64,000 nt of DNA from Ostrea edulis (taxonomy: Eukaryota), in NCBI RefSeq assembly GCF_947568905.1, contig NC_079165.1:103726001-103790000 (forward strand). Direction: 5' to 3'. Below the pieces are notes generated by a model. That model worked only from the letters and a program-made list of their open reading frames with translations, searched no databases and was not told the DNA's origin. Made by a program: the position numbers and the translations under genes. Each line of letters begins with the position of its first letter. Position 1 is the stretch's first letter. Of this stretch, positions 1 to 12,169 are shown piece by piece.

Positions 1-860
1 GTTGCTCTCAAAGGAATTGATCCAACTATAAAGTGTTTCTTCCACTAAGGAGACTGCCTCTTCGTTTTGGTCTCGGTTCGATTTCTGGAGATCAGGATGA
101 TCAATTATGCTGAATCATGTTCAACCTTGTGCCAGTCTGATCAGAAAGCCACTCTTGTATTCGGCTGTGGGGTGATACCTGATGACATCTCCAGGCTTCA
201 GACTGAACCTGGTGGTATCACTTACTGTCTGGCTCTCCCTGTTCACGGTTACATCAGTTGTTTGGTCAACAAGTATGTAGGTTAAAGTGATTGCCTTCTT
301 TGAAAGCCTCGTAGATGTCTGGATGAGTGGCAGGAGGATTGGTCATTCGAGCATAGTATGCAGGGATGTATCTTGCGCAATTCAGTCTGTCATACGCAAA
401 GCACCACGGTATTATCAGTCGGATGGCTTAAACATGCAGATGTCCCTCGCAAGAGGCTCAAAGCAGGCCCAACAAGATGTCCTGGATGATGTCAACACAT
501 GCCATCGAGAAGGCGGATAGTTCTCCGTAGCCATGACTCAAATAGCTCAGAAAGTCATTCCATAAATGAAAGACATTAGTCAGCACGGGCTATCCCAGCA
601 GTAAACCAAACGCAGCTTATCCGACATCATCATTGAAGCTCTCAACAAGGTCTTCTAGTTCTTTAACAGCTTCCAGCATTTCAGGATAGTTGTTTATTTA
701 CCCACGGGAGGAAGCACTGTCAAAGCTACCAGGGCACATCAGTGCACCCTGACACTTCTTTTGTATGATCTGCCTTCAAATACACCAGTCATAGACCCTT
801 GTGCCAGGATTTCTGATTTCATGTAGAGATCACCAAGACCTGAAAGCGTCTCCCCACAAT
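1..860 (-). pseudogene. Degenerate transposase-like ORF remnant, probably Academ (AcademX) DNA transposon
   Basis: Manual minus-strand translation gives ELSAFSMACVDIIQDILLGLL*ASCEGHLHV*AIRLIIPWCFAYDRLNCARYIPAYYARMTN..DQTTDVTVNRESQT..TRFSLKPG..HPDLQKS..EEAVS..WINSF. This matches the 'IPWCFAYD..NYARY' large-ORF family common in marine invertebrates. Several stops and frameshifts. Superfamily assignment is from memory, not from a search. Confidence 0.6.
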
Positions 861-884
861 ATGTCGTATATTTTATATACATTC

Positions 885-2010
885 AGTACTTTTAGTAAAC
901 TTGAAATCACAGAATTTTTCCCAAATCAATAGCATTAAAACCTATGACTTTTCAACACTATACACGACCATTCCTCACGATAAATTAAAGACTAGACTTT
1001 TTGACATCATAGACAGTTGCTTCTTCAACAAAAACGGAAAACGGAAATATTCATAACTAGTGATCAGTCATTCAAAAACTTACTTTGTTAAACACCACTC
1101 TGATTCCACGCACAAATACTCGGAAGTTGAAATAAAAAATATGCTAGAGTTCCTCATTGACAATATCTTCGTGGTCTTTGGTGATCAGGTCTTCCAACAG
1201 TCTGTTGGAATTCCCATGGGCATGAATTGTGCTCCTTTGTTAGCTGACCTGTTTTTATATTCATATGAAGCAGAATTTATTCAAAAACTTCTACGTGAGA
1301 AGAAAAAATCTCTCGCTGTGACCTTCAATTCGACTTTTAGATATATCGATGACGTTTTGTCTATTAAAAATGATATATCCCTGTGAGCTCGAAATAAAGG
1401 ACACCACAGAGTCGTCCACTTCTGCTTCATACTTGGATATTTTATTGAAAGTAGACATTAACGGCAAACTAACAACTCAACTGTATGACAAACGGGATGA
1501 TTTCAGCTTCTCCATCGTCAACTTCCCACATTTATGTAGCAATATTCCATTATCACCTGCATATGGTGTTTATATATCTCAACTGATTCGATATGCAAGA
1601 GCTTGTTCTGGGTATAGTCAGTTTTTAAATCGAGGTAAGCTACTGACAAACAAGTTGATGGTACAGGGATTTCAACAGTCTCGATTGAAGTCAGCATTTC
1701 GCAAATTCTATGGTCGTTATAACGATCTAGTTCGTCAATACAACCTCGCATTGGGTCAAATGCTGTCTGACGTGTTTCATACCGATTGTTAAGCCGTTCT
1801 TGGTACACTGATTTTGACTGCGGATAACTCCGTTTACCTGATCAGGATATGGGGCTCACGGCGGGTGTGACCGGTCAACAGGAGATGCTTACTCCTCCTA
1901 GGCACCTGATCCCACCTCTGGTGTGTCCAGGGGTCCATGTTTGCCCAACTATCTAATTTGTATTGCTTGTAGGAGTTATGAGATTGATCACTGTTCGTTA
2001 TCTTCACCTT
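885..2010 (+). mobile_element. 5'-truncated Penelope-like element (Naiad-like): C-terminal RT plus 3' terminal module
   Basis: RT motifs YDFSTLYTTIPH (~940-975), GIPMGMNCAPLLADLFL and FRYIDD. The ORF ends at 1792 with no C-terminal endonuclease, consistent with the N-terminal-EN Naiad layout. Stop at ~1054 and a deletion/frameshift at ~1370. Confidence 0.75.
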
Positions 2011-2986
2011 GCATTCAGATATCAATATTCAAATACATTTTAATATGCAGATATTCTACTCCATGATCATTGCTTAAAGCTGCATGGGACATTGTCCAGG
2101 TGCAAAAAGTGAAATAATCGTCATCTCATCTGATTCAGAAAGGGGCTTATTTCACATTAGTGTTTGATATTTCTAACAGAAAGACGTACATGTATTTTGG
2201 CATTTGTAAGCAAAGTTTGGTTGAATTTGGTAACATCATCACATTTCTATTGATTATCAAACTGCACTTTCCTCAAATTGTACGACCAGCGTTGCACGTT
2301 AAATAGTAATGTGATAACACATAGAAAGCTGTGTATCCTGAAGTGTTATCATACTTAATTTCAATCTAGGAGTAGGAAGCTTTTGAAAAATATGTATCAT
2401 AACTAGTTAGCTCAGGTGGTACCGATGGACCCCCTTGGCTCATAGCCTAACTACAAATCATATGTAAACATTGGTACACTTAAGTGCATCCAAACCCGAT
2501 GTAAATTCATGGGTAAACAATGACAACATTTATAAAATTAGGTAACTGTAAATGATATTGCTTATACAATACAACCTGATGAAAAGCTTACATTTTTTTA
2601 AAGATATTATGACTGATAAATGCATGACTAGATATTCGATATGAATAAACCTTGACTAGTACTTCGATAAACAACATGTGACGTCACACGCCATGCGGTC
2701 TGATCCTTACTTGCAGAAAAATCTAATCCCTACACTTTTATCGTAAACTCTGCATGAAATAATGAATGCATCAAATTACTCTACACATTAGACAAATACT
2801 ACATAACTATCATCATAAAAACATCCAGTAAAATATAGATATATACCTTTAAAAAAAAGAGAAGATGCAGAGGTTCAGTTCCTTTGATTTGGCGGGTAAT
2901 AGCATATATTTACCTTCCCGCCCGGAGAGTTCTAATAATACATATAATTTGAACCCCCACCTGAGATTACAATCCAGAACCCTACT

Positions 2987-3078
2987 AATACATATAAAAT
3001 TGTAATCAAATCAGTATAATTATAGTTTAGTAAGTACAATATGCAATTATAAAACACATGTACATGCAGGATCCAGTT
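2987..3078 (+). repeat. Left arm of a ~92 bp inverted repeat pair (partner 4296-4387)
   Basis: aatacatataaaattgtaat...ggatccagtt is the reverse complement of 4296-4387 with few mismatches. Confidence 0.85.
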
Positions 3079-3597
3079 GTTCTGAATGTTTTATGCTAAT
3101 GCAGGGAGGTTAGAATAGAATGATTATATAAATGAAAACAGTTAATTGTATGAAGTGTTCAGTAAAGAAGGTATGAATTGTTGACTTGATTACAGGGGAC
3201 ACCAGGGGACAGTGCCTGTTAACTGTCTGGTAATAAATATATTGTACCGGACTGTTGGTCTTGTACTCCCAGTAACCAAGGCAGCTATATTTAACAGCTA
3301 ATTTCAGAAACATTTTAAACCCTAGTTTGTATTCAAACATTGTACGTTTGTAACGACAAAACAATAACGGAGCGGATCAATGATCTGATTATAATCTGGC
3401 CCCGCCGTCACCAACATCACTCAACTCATTCCTCAGCCTCAACTCTGAGGTTTTCCCTCAAATACTTAAAACTTCACACTCAAGTCACCGTCACCACATC
3501 AATTTGAGGTTTCCTCAAGTGATAATCTTGAGGAAATCCTCAAATATTTAAGGTTAGCTTCATAGCAACCTTAAAGTTTTCCTCAAGCATATTCAAT

Positions 3598-4018
3598 ATG
3601 GCAGGTAGACGTCGCAGACGCCGTAGGTTTCTGAGATATCGGAATCGACCATCAAAAAGGGTTATTCGGGACCGACTGAACCCTTTAGAAGCCTACACGG
3701 ACGATGAGCTTTACGAGCGGTATAGATTTCGGCAGGCATCAGTCGTGTATCTACTGGACTTGATAGGCGGGGCTTTGATAGACAGCACAAAAAACAATGC
3801 CTTACCTCCGCTCTTGCAGCTGTTTGTATGCCTCAGATTCTTTGCGACAGGCGCATACCACAAACTTATAGGTGATAGTATCAATGTTTCCGAGTCCACC
3901 GTCGGTAGATGCTGTAGATCGGTCACGGATGCCATCCTTCGAGTTCGACAATAATTCATTGTATTTCCCACAGACACACAAGCACGAAAAACTAAGCAAA
4001 AGTTCATCAAAATAGCCG
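3598..4018 (+). pseudogene. PIF/Harbinger (HARBI1-like) transposase N-terminal exon, truncated
   Basis: DELYERYRF..LPPLLQLFVCLRFFATGAY..IGDSINVSESTVGRC..V, stop at 3952-3954, then FIVFP..KQKFIKIAG followed by a GT donor at 4019. No DDE exon seen downstream. Upstream 3440-3590 carries repeated tgagg..cctca palindromes. Confidence 0.8.
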
Positions 4019-4189
4019 GTATGTTGTCAGTCGTTCTGTTTTCTTTTCTACTTTTTTTCAAAATTCAGGGAGAATAACTCGTGCTAAGGGGTCGTGCGTA
4101 AATTATTCGATTCTAAATATTACATAGTAGGGGTGTAATATTTGTATTCTAGGCTATGTTTATCATTTATAACCCAACCAATAGTAACC

Positions 4190-4192
<3 letters not shown>

Positions 4193-4241
<49 letters not shown>
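4193..4241 (+). repeat. (CT)n microsatellite
   Basis: Direct reading. Confidence 0.95.
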
Positions 4242-4245
<4 letters not shown>

Positions 4246-4295
4246 TTTTCATTGGTTTCCTTTATGAAAAGCCCCGTGGGGATCTGGGTTAAAAT

Positions 4296-4387
4296 AACTG
4301 GATCCTGCATATACATGTGTTTTATACTTGCGTAGTGTGCTTGTTAAACTATAATTATACTGATTTTATTACAATTTTATATGTATT
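4296..4387 (-). repeat. Right arm of the ~92 bp inverted repeat pair
   Basis: Reverse complement of 2987-3078. Confidence 0.85.
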
Positions 4388-5370
4388 CACACAACATTTA
4401 TCCGCTGTCTCAGAAACTGATGTGTGAAACAGTCGGGTTTTTTATTGTATATACCATGTTGTTAATTTAAATCTTGTCTGCAATCAGTTTTTCATAAATA
4501 ATTATAGATATGTGCAGTGCAGAAGTGTGAACTCTGACAGTATTAGTACTTTTGAATGATTGTTATTTATTTCCATTGCTTTCCCAAGGAACCTTGATTG
4601 GCGAATAAACAATATATAGAGAGAGAGTTAAAAGATTAAAACTAAAGTAAATATTTCTTGGTTAAATACATTGGTTGTCCTGTGAACATGAATCATGTAT
4701 ACATTTACATAATAAATTGTAATTTTCCCGTCGTGTTATGTCCCTTTCCAGTATCTAATTTTGGATCAATATTCTACTGTAACATCAGTACTGCGTTTGA
4801 ATATTAATTAGATAGCGTGTTTACATGAATATCGACGATAAAACTGGACGGCGGTAAGAGGAAAATAAATGTATTGTGATACCATGGGATTATTTTAAAG
4901 CTTTGATCAAGGCTTTATCTAGAAATAACTGTCCAAATCTTGAAATATTCTTGAACAATACACTGAACTCGAGAGAAAACACAAATAAACAAAGTGCAGG
5001 GGTAGGTTTTCATCTTGCGGACCATGTTTAACTTATTTGCAAGCGGATGATGCAATTTGGCCAGTGAATACTCGATTCTGTGAAACATATATTTCTATTC
5101 TGTCATGTTTTTATTGGTTTATGTACAGCTGGCTGTGCACCGTGTCGATTTATGATCATCTACTTGTATAATCTGATCAAATGACGACATATGACCCTTG
5201 ACATCTTAAGTAAACATGCGAAGTGAAAGTACAGGAGGCGTATATATGTTGTGGTACTTGAAAAGTGTCTTTAGTTTTGTAATATTAATAAATGAACTAC
5301 ACCCAAAACAATAGGATATAAAGCTTCATTTTTCTGAATAATTCTTACACATGACCTTAAGTCACACGCG

Positions 5371-5642
5371 TGGGACGCTTTCCATGGATCTTGTGGTATA
5401 GATGTATGTTCATTCTATTTATTTTTATGCTATTTGAATTATATATTTTCTAAAATTCTATTTTTCTAAAGTAAATGTGAGAATTCTGAATTTATTAAGT
5501 CTACTATTCTGATATATGTGTGAGCAGAATTTGTTTATATGTATTTCAGTTTGTTACCGTAATTACTACTACATGAATAAAGAGATAAAACTGCTGGGCA
5601 TTTTTTACTGTCGAAACAGAGAGCTGTGGCAGAACAGTAACA
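5371..5642 (+). repeat. 5' LTR of the BEL/Pao element (5'-truncated)
   Basis: Near-identical to 12306-12588 (a few substitutions and one ~10 bp indel). No match to the first ~135 bp of the 3' LTR. Confidence 0.9.
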
Positions 5643-5901
5643 AAATCGTGGGTATTCTACCTCAACCACCCGTCGAGGATCGAGAACGGACCTATCCTGG
5701 GGATAAGACGTTCTTCCGCGGATATCGGATACCTGTAAAGCTGGGCTTCCCACCTAATCCTCTCCTTACCTGTACCATGACCTTGGATTCCGTGATACTT
5801 CCTGTGTTCCTTGGACAGTGACATGTTTGTTTATATATGTGTTTGGCTATATTTAGTTCTAAAACTTCATAGTTATTTCGGATTTCAAACATTTCGGTTC
5901 A

Positions 5902-5945
5902 GAATCACTGAAGAGACATTATCTGTCGAAATGTGCATCTGGTGC
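5902..5945 (+). ncRNA. Minimal type I hammerhead ribozyme, copy 1 (slightly degenerate)
   Basis: gaatca-CTGAAGA-gac attatct gtc-GAAA-t gtgc a-TC-tggtgc. One stem I mismatch. Predicted cleavage after C5939. Confidence 0.8.
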
Positions 5946-6252
5946 ATCAAAATTGGTACCGTATAAGTTTTACATTATGACCCCTGGGTCGAGGCCTCTG
6001 CTGGTTGACTGTTAGTCCCCGAGGGTCCCTACAGCCCAGTAGCTAAGTACTTCGTTACTAGCTTGAAAATACGGATGTATATTTAATTGTTGTTATACAA
6101 TTTAGAAATTCATTTCAAAATTAAGGATTATCTCCCTCATGCATAGCTCTTATCCTTGGACGAATTTGGCTCCACTTTTTTGGCACGCTGTTTTTGGCTA
6201 TATTTAGCTCTAAAACTTCATAGTTATTTCGGATTTCAAAGATTTCGGTTGA

Positions 6253-6296
6253 GCATCACTGAAGAGACATTATTTGTCGAAATGCGCATCTGGTGC
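6253..6296 (+). ncRNA. Minimal type I hammerhead ribozyme, copy 2
   Basis: Stem I gcatca/tggtgc; core CUGAAGA 6259-6265; stem II gac/gtc; GAAA 6279-6282; 2-bp stem III with a GCGC loop (atgcgcat is palindromic); AUC triplet. Predicted cleavage after C6290. Confidence 0.9.
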
Positions 6297-6386
6297 ATCA
6301 AAATTGGTACCGTATAAGTTTTACATATGTATGTGAAAATCTACCGTGAGCTGTTTGTGACATATTGCTGACATTGGTGATTAAAT

Positions 6387-9300
6387 ATGGCAACTGGAGG
6401 AAAACCGGTGGATGTCAACGCTGAGGAAAGTGAGGATGTACACAAACAGACAGAGGAATCTGAGGATAAACGTCGACTGAAGACCATGACAGAAAAAGGC
6501 TTGATTCTACCTTTTTGAAAAATTATAAATCTCAGGAAGAAAATGCTTGGATAAAGATTGAAGAAATCATAGCTGACATAGATGAAATTATTACACAAAA
6601 TAACTATAAAGAATTGTGTAAGATAAAAGTAGAGCTTCGACATCTTAAGCTTACTTATTGTGATTGTGCAAATGACTTCCTCTCATTTCTCAAAAGAACA
6701 AATACAGCAGAGAGTAACAAAGAATACTCGATCCAAGAACGAAGGTACCGTAAAAGAGAAGACATCATAGATCAACTGATGAACCGCATTGAGGACGCTC
6801 TACTGGATGCAGCAGACACTATTTCACGTGCAAGTGGTTCCAATAAACCTCGATCCAGAAGCTCTCTCAGCGATGCATCAAAGTCGCAACGAATTCAACT
6901 AAAACAGAAAGCTGAAATAGAAAAAAATAAACTACCATTCATCAGAAAACAAGTCGACAAACCAAAAAATCTAATATCGAAGGACAAATCCAAATCCTTG
7001 AACAGACACAGTCGACCGCCGATGCAGATGCAGAAGCTAGAGTATTTGAGGAAGCTGAGAGTGAAAACAATAGTGTCCGAAATTCTTTCTTGGATGAGTT
7101 ACCTAGTGACCGACATAAACGTGTCGCAGATTATGTGGACAGTGTTTCTCAAGACCGTGGATTGAGTTTAGACACTCATGTGAATCCTAGAATTGCGCAA
7201 ACTATTCCTAAAGACTACTACTACAAAGATGTTTCTTCAGTTCCTCATAAAAATGAACATTTCAGAAGTGAACTACAGCCACAAGAGAACTCTATGGAAT
7301 CAGTGTCAAGATTCCTACTCAAGAAAGAAGTTTTATTATTCAGATTTAAAACATTTAACGATGAGCCAGAAGCTTACAATGCATGGAAACTGAACTTTAC
7401 AACTATTGTGACTGACTTACAAATTTCTGCATTCGAGGAGCCACAACTACTTGTAAGATGGCTGGGACCAGAATCCTCCAGACATGCAGCAGATATTCAA
7501 CAAGCCAACGCGGAAAATCCTTATGAAGGACTGCGTCAAATATGGACCAGATTAGACGAACGATACGGAGCAATCGAACTCATTGACAACTCGCTGAAAT
7601 TGAAGATAGCTGCCTTTCCATCACTTTCTGTGAAAGATCCCAAAGAACTTTATAGACTATCGGACCTCTTGACTCAAGTTGACGGTGTGAAAAAGAATCC
7701 TAGATACTCAGCAGCCTTATCTTACTATGATACCTCTCTTGGAATAGTACCAAAACCGAAACCTTCAAGTCAACGTTCAAGAAAAACCGAAATCAAACCT
7801 AGCAAATTAATAGGACAAAAGAAAGTATGTTTTCTGGAACACAGAGATGAATGAAATCACACTATCAAAGACTGTCGCAAATTCCGTGCACTTCCTATCA
7901 ACAATAGAAAAAAGCTCCTCAAAGAAAACGGAATATGTTTCAGATGTTGTGACTCTAAGGACCACTTAACAAGAGACTGTACTGTGATTTTGAAGTGTGA
8001 CTCGTGTCAGAGTGATAATCATTGTGGGGCATTACACGTGAATAATTCCCAAGGCAGGGAGGATAAGGAGAATTCATACAATATTGAAAGTACAAGATCT
8101 TAGGAGTACTATTCATCAGGACCCCTCACAACTAGACACAACTAGATGCACTCAAGTCTGTTCAGTGCCATTCAGTGGAAAATCCTGTGCGAAAATCATT
8201 CTGGTGGATGTTTTTCCATTTGGACGTGAGGATCTCAAGAAAAGAACATATGTGATTCTTGATGACCAGAGCAGTAGAACTATTGCAAGGTCATCCTTTT
8301 TCGACAAGTTTGGAATTCAGGGAAAAGACATTTCCTATATCTTGTCATCATGCAATGGATCAAGCATGGTCTCCGGGAGACAAGCCTTCAACTTCATGGT
8401 ATCAGCAGTTAATGGTGATGAGCAGATACGCTTACCGTCCATTATAGAGTGTGATGGTATCCCAATCTCCTATGAGGAGATTCCAACGGCAGCTGTAGTG
8501 AAATCTTACAAACACTTGTCAGACTTGGAATATGAAATCCCACCAATATATAGCAACGCTGAAGTTCTGATTGGACGGGATGTTCCTTATGCTCATCATG
8601 TACTGGAACAAAGGATCGATAAACCAAACCTTCCATATGCGCAAAAACTTCCCTTGGGCTGGGCCGTGATAGGGGAATGTTGCTTAGGCAAAGTACATAT
8701 ACCTCAACAAGTGATAGTGAACAAGACTCGGATCTTACCCTCCGGACGAGGAACTCACTTCATACCATGTTCATCTCATTTGAACATTTCTACACCTCAG
8801 GAACTTTCTGATTCTCACCTGTCATGTGAAACTGGAATACAATTTTCTCCGATCTTTGAACGAACTAAAGATGACGACATTCCGGGATTGTCCATCGAAG
8901 ACCGAGAATTTTTAGAAATTATGGAGAAAATGTGTCACAAGGACAGCACTGGACATTGGTCAGCTCCACTCCCACTGAAGTCAAATAGAACTAAGCTTCC
9001 CAACAACAGAGCACAAGTACTAAAGGGAACCTTTTCACTGCTTGCGTCGTTTAAACGTGATCCTGTGAAAAAGGACTTGGCCATAAAATTTATGGAAAAC
9101 CTGTTTAATCATGGATTTGCTGAGGAAGCCCCGAAGTTCCAGAGGGAGAAGATTGTTGGTACCTTCCTATCTTTCCGGTATTCAATCCAAAGAAACCAAA
9201 CAAAATCCGTATAGTTTTCGACTCGTCCATTACTTACCAAGGACAATCACTGAATCCCTCATTAATTCAGGGACCTAATCTTACCAACAATCTACTAGGT

Positions 9301-12142
9301 GTCCTTTTACGTTTCCGCAAGGAACGCGTAGCAATCACAGGGGATATAGAACATATGTTCCATATGTTTCGCTTAGACGAAGAACATAGAAACTTTGTCC
9401 GCTTTAGAATGACCCAACAAAGCCTCTAAGAAACTACAGAATGTGTGTGCACCTCTATGGAAATTCCCCTTCACCATCAGTCGCAACATATTGTCTTCAT
9501 AGATGTGTAGAAGAACCATGTGACAGTGAAGTGAATTATTGTGTAACTAGAAACTTTTACGTCGATGATGGACTGGCATCCTATGATTCAGACATTGAAG
9601 CCCTAGACGTCTTACTGCAAACACAAAAAATACTCAGGGAGAGAGGTAAAATCAGATTCCATAAGTTTGCCTCCAATACTCAGATCGTCGTGGATGCTTT
9701 GTCACCTGGGGACAGGGTTGGTGATCTTAGTGACGTACAATTAGATCTAAATACTATACCATCACAGAGTAGTCTGGGCCTGAAGTGGAACATATCGTCA
9801 GATACTTTTACCTTCTCTACGGATCTCAAAGATGTACCAGAAACAAAACGAGGCATTTTATCTTTTTTGCATAGTCTGTATGATCCAATAGGTTTTCTAT
9901 CACCAGTCATTCTATCAGGAAGATTCATTTTCCGTGACATAAAACAGTTGGAACTCGGGTGGGACGAACTGCTACCCAAGGACATCATCTTGCGCTGGCG
10001 GTCATGGCAAAGTTTTCTCCACCACTTGTCTGAAGTAGAAATACCTCGACGTTATGTTCCAACATCCATTAAAAATGCGGAAAGGATTGAGCTCCATACC
10101 TTTGCAAATGCTTCTGAAAAGGCCATATCAGCTGTCACGTACATCAAAATTACAAGAAATGGAGAAAATCATGTAGGATTCATTACAGGGAAATCGAAAT
10201 TAGCACCTCACCATGGACATACAATTCCAAGGCTAGAACTTTGTGCAGCACTTCTTGCTACAGAAATTACTACCTTTGTTGAATGTCAGTTTGATACACA
10301 GATTGATGATATTCGATTCTATACTGACAGCCGAGTTGTTTTGGGTACCTACATAACAAGACTAGGCGATTTCACACATACGTCTCTAACAGGGTCCATC
10401 GCATACTCAACAATTCATCTCCTGAACAGTGGACCTTTGTTGCATCAGACCAGAATCCAGCTGATATTGGAACGCGCTCTATTCCAGTGAACGAATTAGT
10501 AAAATCTTAATGGTTATCGGGACCAAAGATTATTTTGAATGACGACTCGTGTGACCATTCATTAGAATTCCCATTACTGGATCCAGAAAATGACTCTGAA
10601 ATCAGAAACACTGTGACTGTTGTTAAAACAAATGTGTATTGTGGTTTGAACACAAATCTTTTCCTAAGATTTTCATCCTGGGAGTCTTTGATTCGTGGAC
10701 TGTCATTCATGCGCAGATCAATTCACAGGAAACTCAACCTTGAAGATATAAGTCCTACAAAACTGCACAAAGATATGGAAATGATAGTTGTCAAAAGTGC
10801 GCAGTATGAAGTTTATAGACAAGACATAGAGAGACTTCAAGATCACAAATCAGTTGTCAAAGGTAGTCCCCTACGAAACCTAGACCCGTATCTGGACGGT
10901 GAGGGATTACTTCGTGTAGGATGCGAATCCTTACAGGAGATCTATTGGCCGGATCAAATGGACCGATTATCATTCCCAAAAAGTCACATGTGGCGAGTCT
11001 ACTTATAAAGTATTACCACCAAAAATGTCGACATCAGGGACGTCACATTAGAGAGGGCGGAGTGAGATCAGCAGGTTATTGGATCATGGGCGCCAAGAGA
11101 CTTGTATCATCAGTACTAAACTCTTGTATTACCTGTAGAAAACTACGCCGGAAGCCGGAAATACAAAAAATGGGAAACTTACCCGATTTTCGATGTGAAA
11201 CCATCGCCACCTTTCACCTACGTAGGAGTTGATACCTTTGGACCCTGGGAAGTATCAGCTAGGAAAACAAGAGGAGGAGTAGCAAATTCCAAGAGATGAG
11301 CAATCTTATTTACTTGTTTGGCTAGTAGAGCAGTGCATATAGAACTGGTGGACGAGATGACTTCTAGTGCCTTCATTAACTCCCTTAGACGTTTTGTAGC
11401 GATTCGTGGCAAGGTTACCGAATTTCATTCAGAACGAGGAACTAACTTTGTGGGGAGTACAGATGCACTTAACATCAATGCCATGAACGTAGAATCTCAA
11501 CCAGTAAGGAAATTCATGGTGGAAAATGGATCTACTTGGATATTTAACCCACCTTGCGCATCTCATATGGGAGGGATTTGGGAGAGAATCATTGGAACAG
11601 CTCGCAGAATTCTTAATGTCATCATCATGGAGTCTAAGAAACCTCTTACAGATGATGTTCTCAACACTTTTATGTATGAGACATGTGCTATTATCAACAG
11701 TCGTCCATTGGCTAATGTATCCATTGATCCAACAGAACCTTCAGTTCTATCTCCTTCAGTGCTACTTACACAAAAGACAGAAGTCGATTATGGACCCTTT
11801 GAAGCAGTTCATCTGAAAGACATGTATAGAACATCATGGAAACACACTCAAGTCCTTGCCAACCAGTTTTGGAAACGATGGCAACAGGAATACTTGTTCA
11901 GTCTGCAATCAAGGCGAAAGTGGATTATTTCAAGGGAGGACATCAAAGTCAACGACGTAGTGCTAGTGAAGGATACCAACACTGTCAGATACGAATGGCC
12001 GATGGCAATTGTTCTTCGAACCTTCCCTAGCAACGATGGACATGTACGTAAAGTAGAACTTCGACTTGTTAGGAACGGTAACTGTGTTACGTGTGTTAGA
12101 CCCATTACAGAGGTTGTTCACCTGTTTACACCTTCATCATAG
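6387..12142 (+). pseudogene. BEL/Pao gag-pol polyprotein with multiple frameshifts and stops
   Basis: Gag (FLLKKE..FNDEPEAYNAWK), Cys/His knuckles CFRCC..H..C at ~7860-8040, protease ILDDQS, RT GPNLTNNLLGVLLRFR and FYVDD, Pao RNase H LHTFANAS..KSKLAP..TIPRLEL, integrase H..H..C..C, core SERGTNFVG..HMGGIWER, and C-terminal QFWKRWQQEYL. Split over more than 7 ORF pieces. Confidence 0.93.
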
Positions 12143-12169
12143 TGATATCATAAGATGTGAGGCGGGGAG

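Larger units (their letters stand above)
5842..6326 (+). mobile_element. Non-autonomous hammerhead retrozyme-like element (~1.4 copies of a 351-bp monomer)
   Basis: 134-bp direct repeats 5842-5975 and 6193-6326 (period 351), each containing a hammerhead core. No ORF. Confidence 0.85.

Noticed and set aside
885-1792. Selenocysteine (TGA) recoding, as known for some Naiads
   Set aside because: The breaks here are a TAA and a deletion frameshift, not conserved in-frame TGAs.
1838-1915. Canonical hammerhead or twister in the Naiad 3' module
   Set aside because: ctgatca and ctgatcc violate CUGANGA and no GAAA follows. The twister-like antisense layout lacks the L4 pseudoknot partners. Kept only as an unknown-structure candidate.
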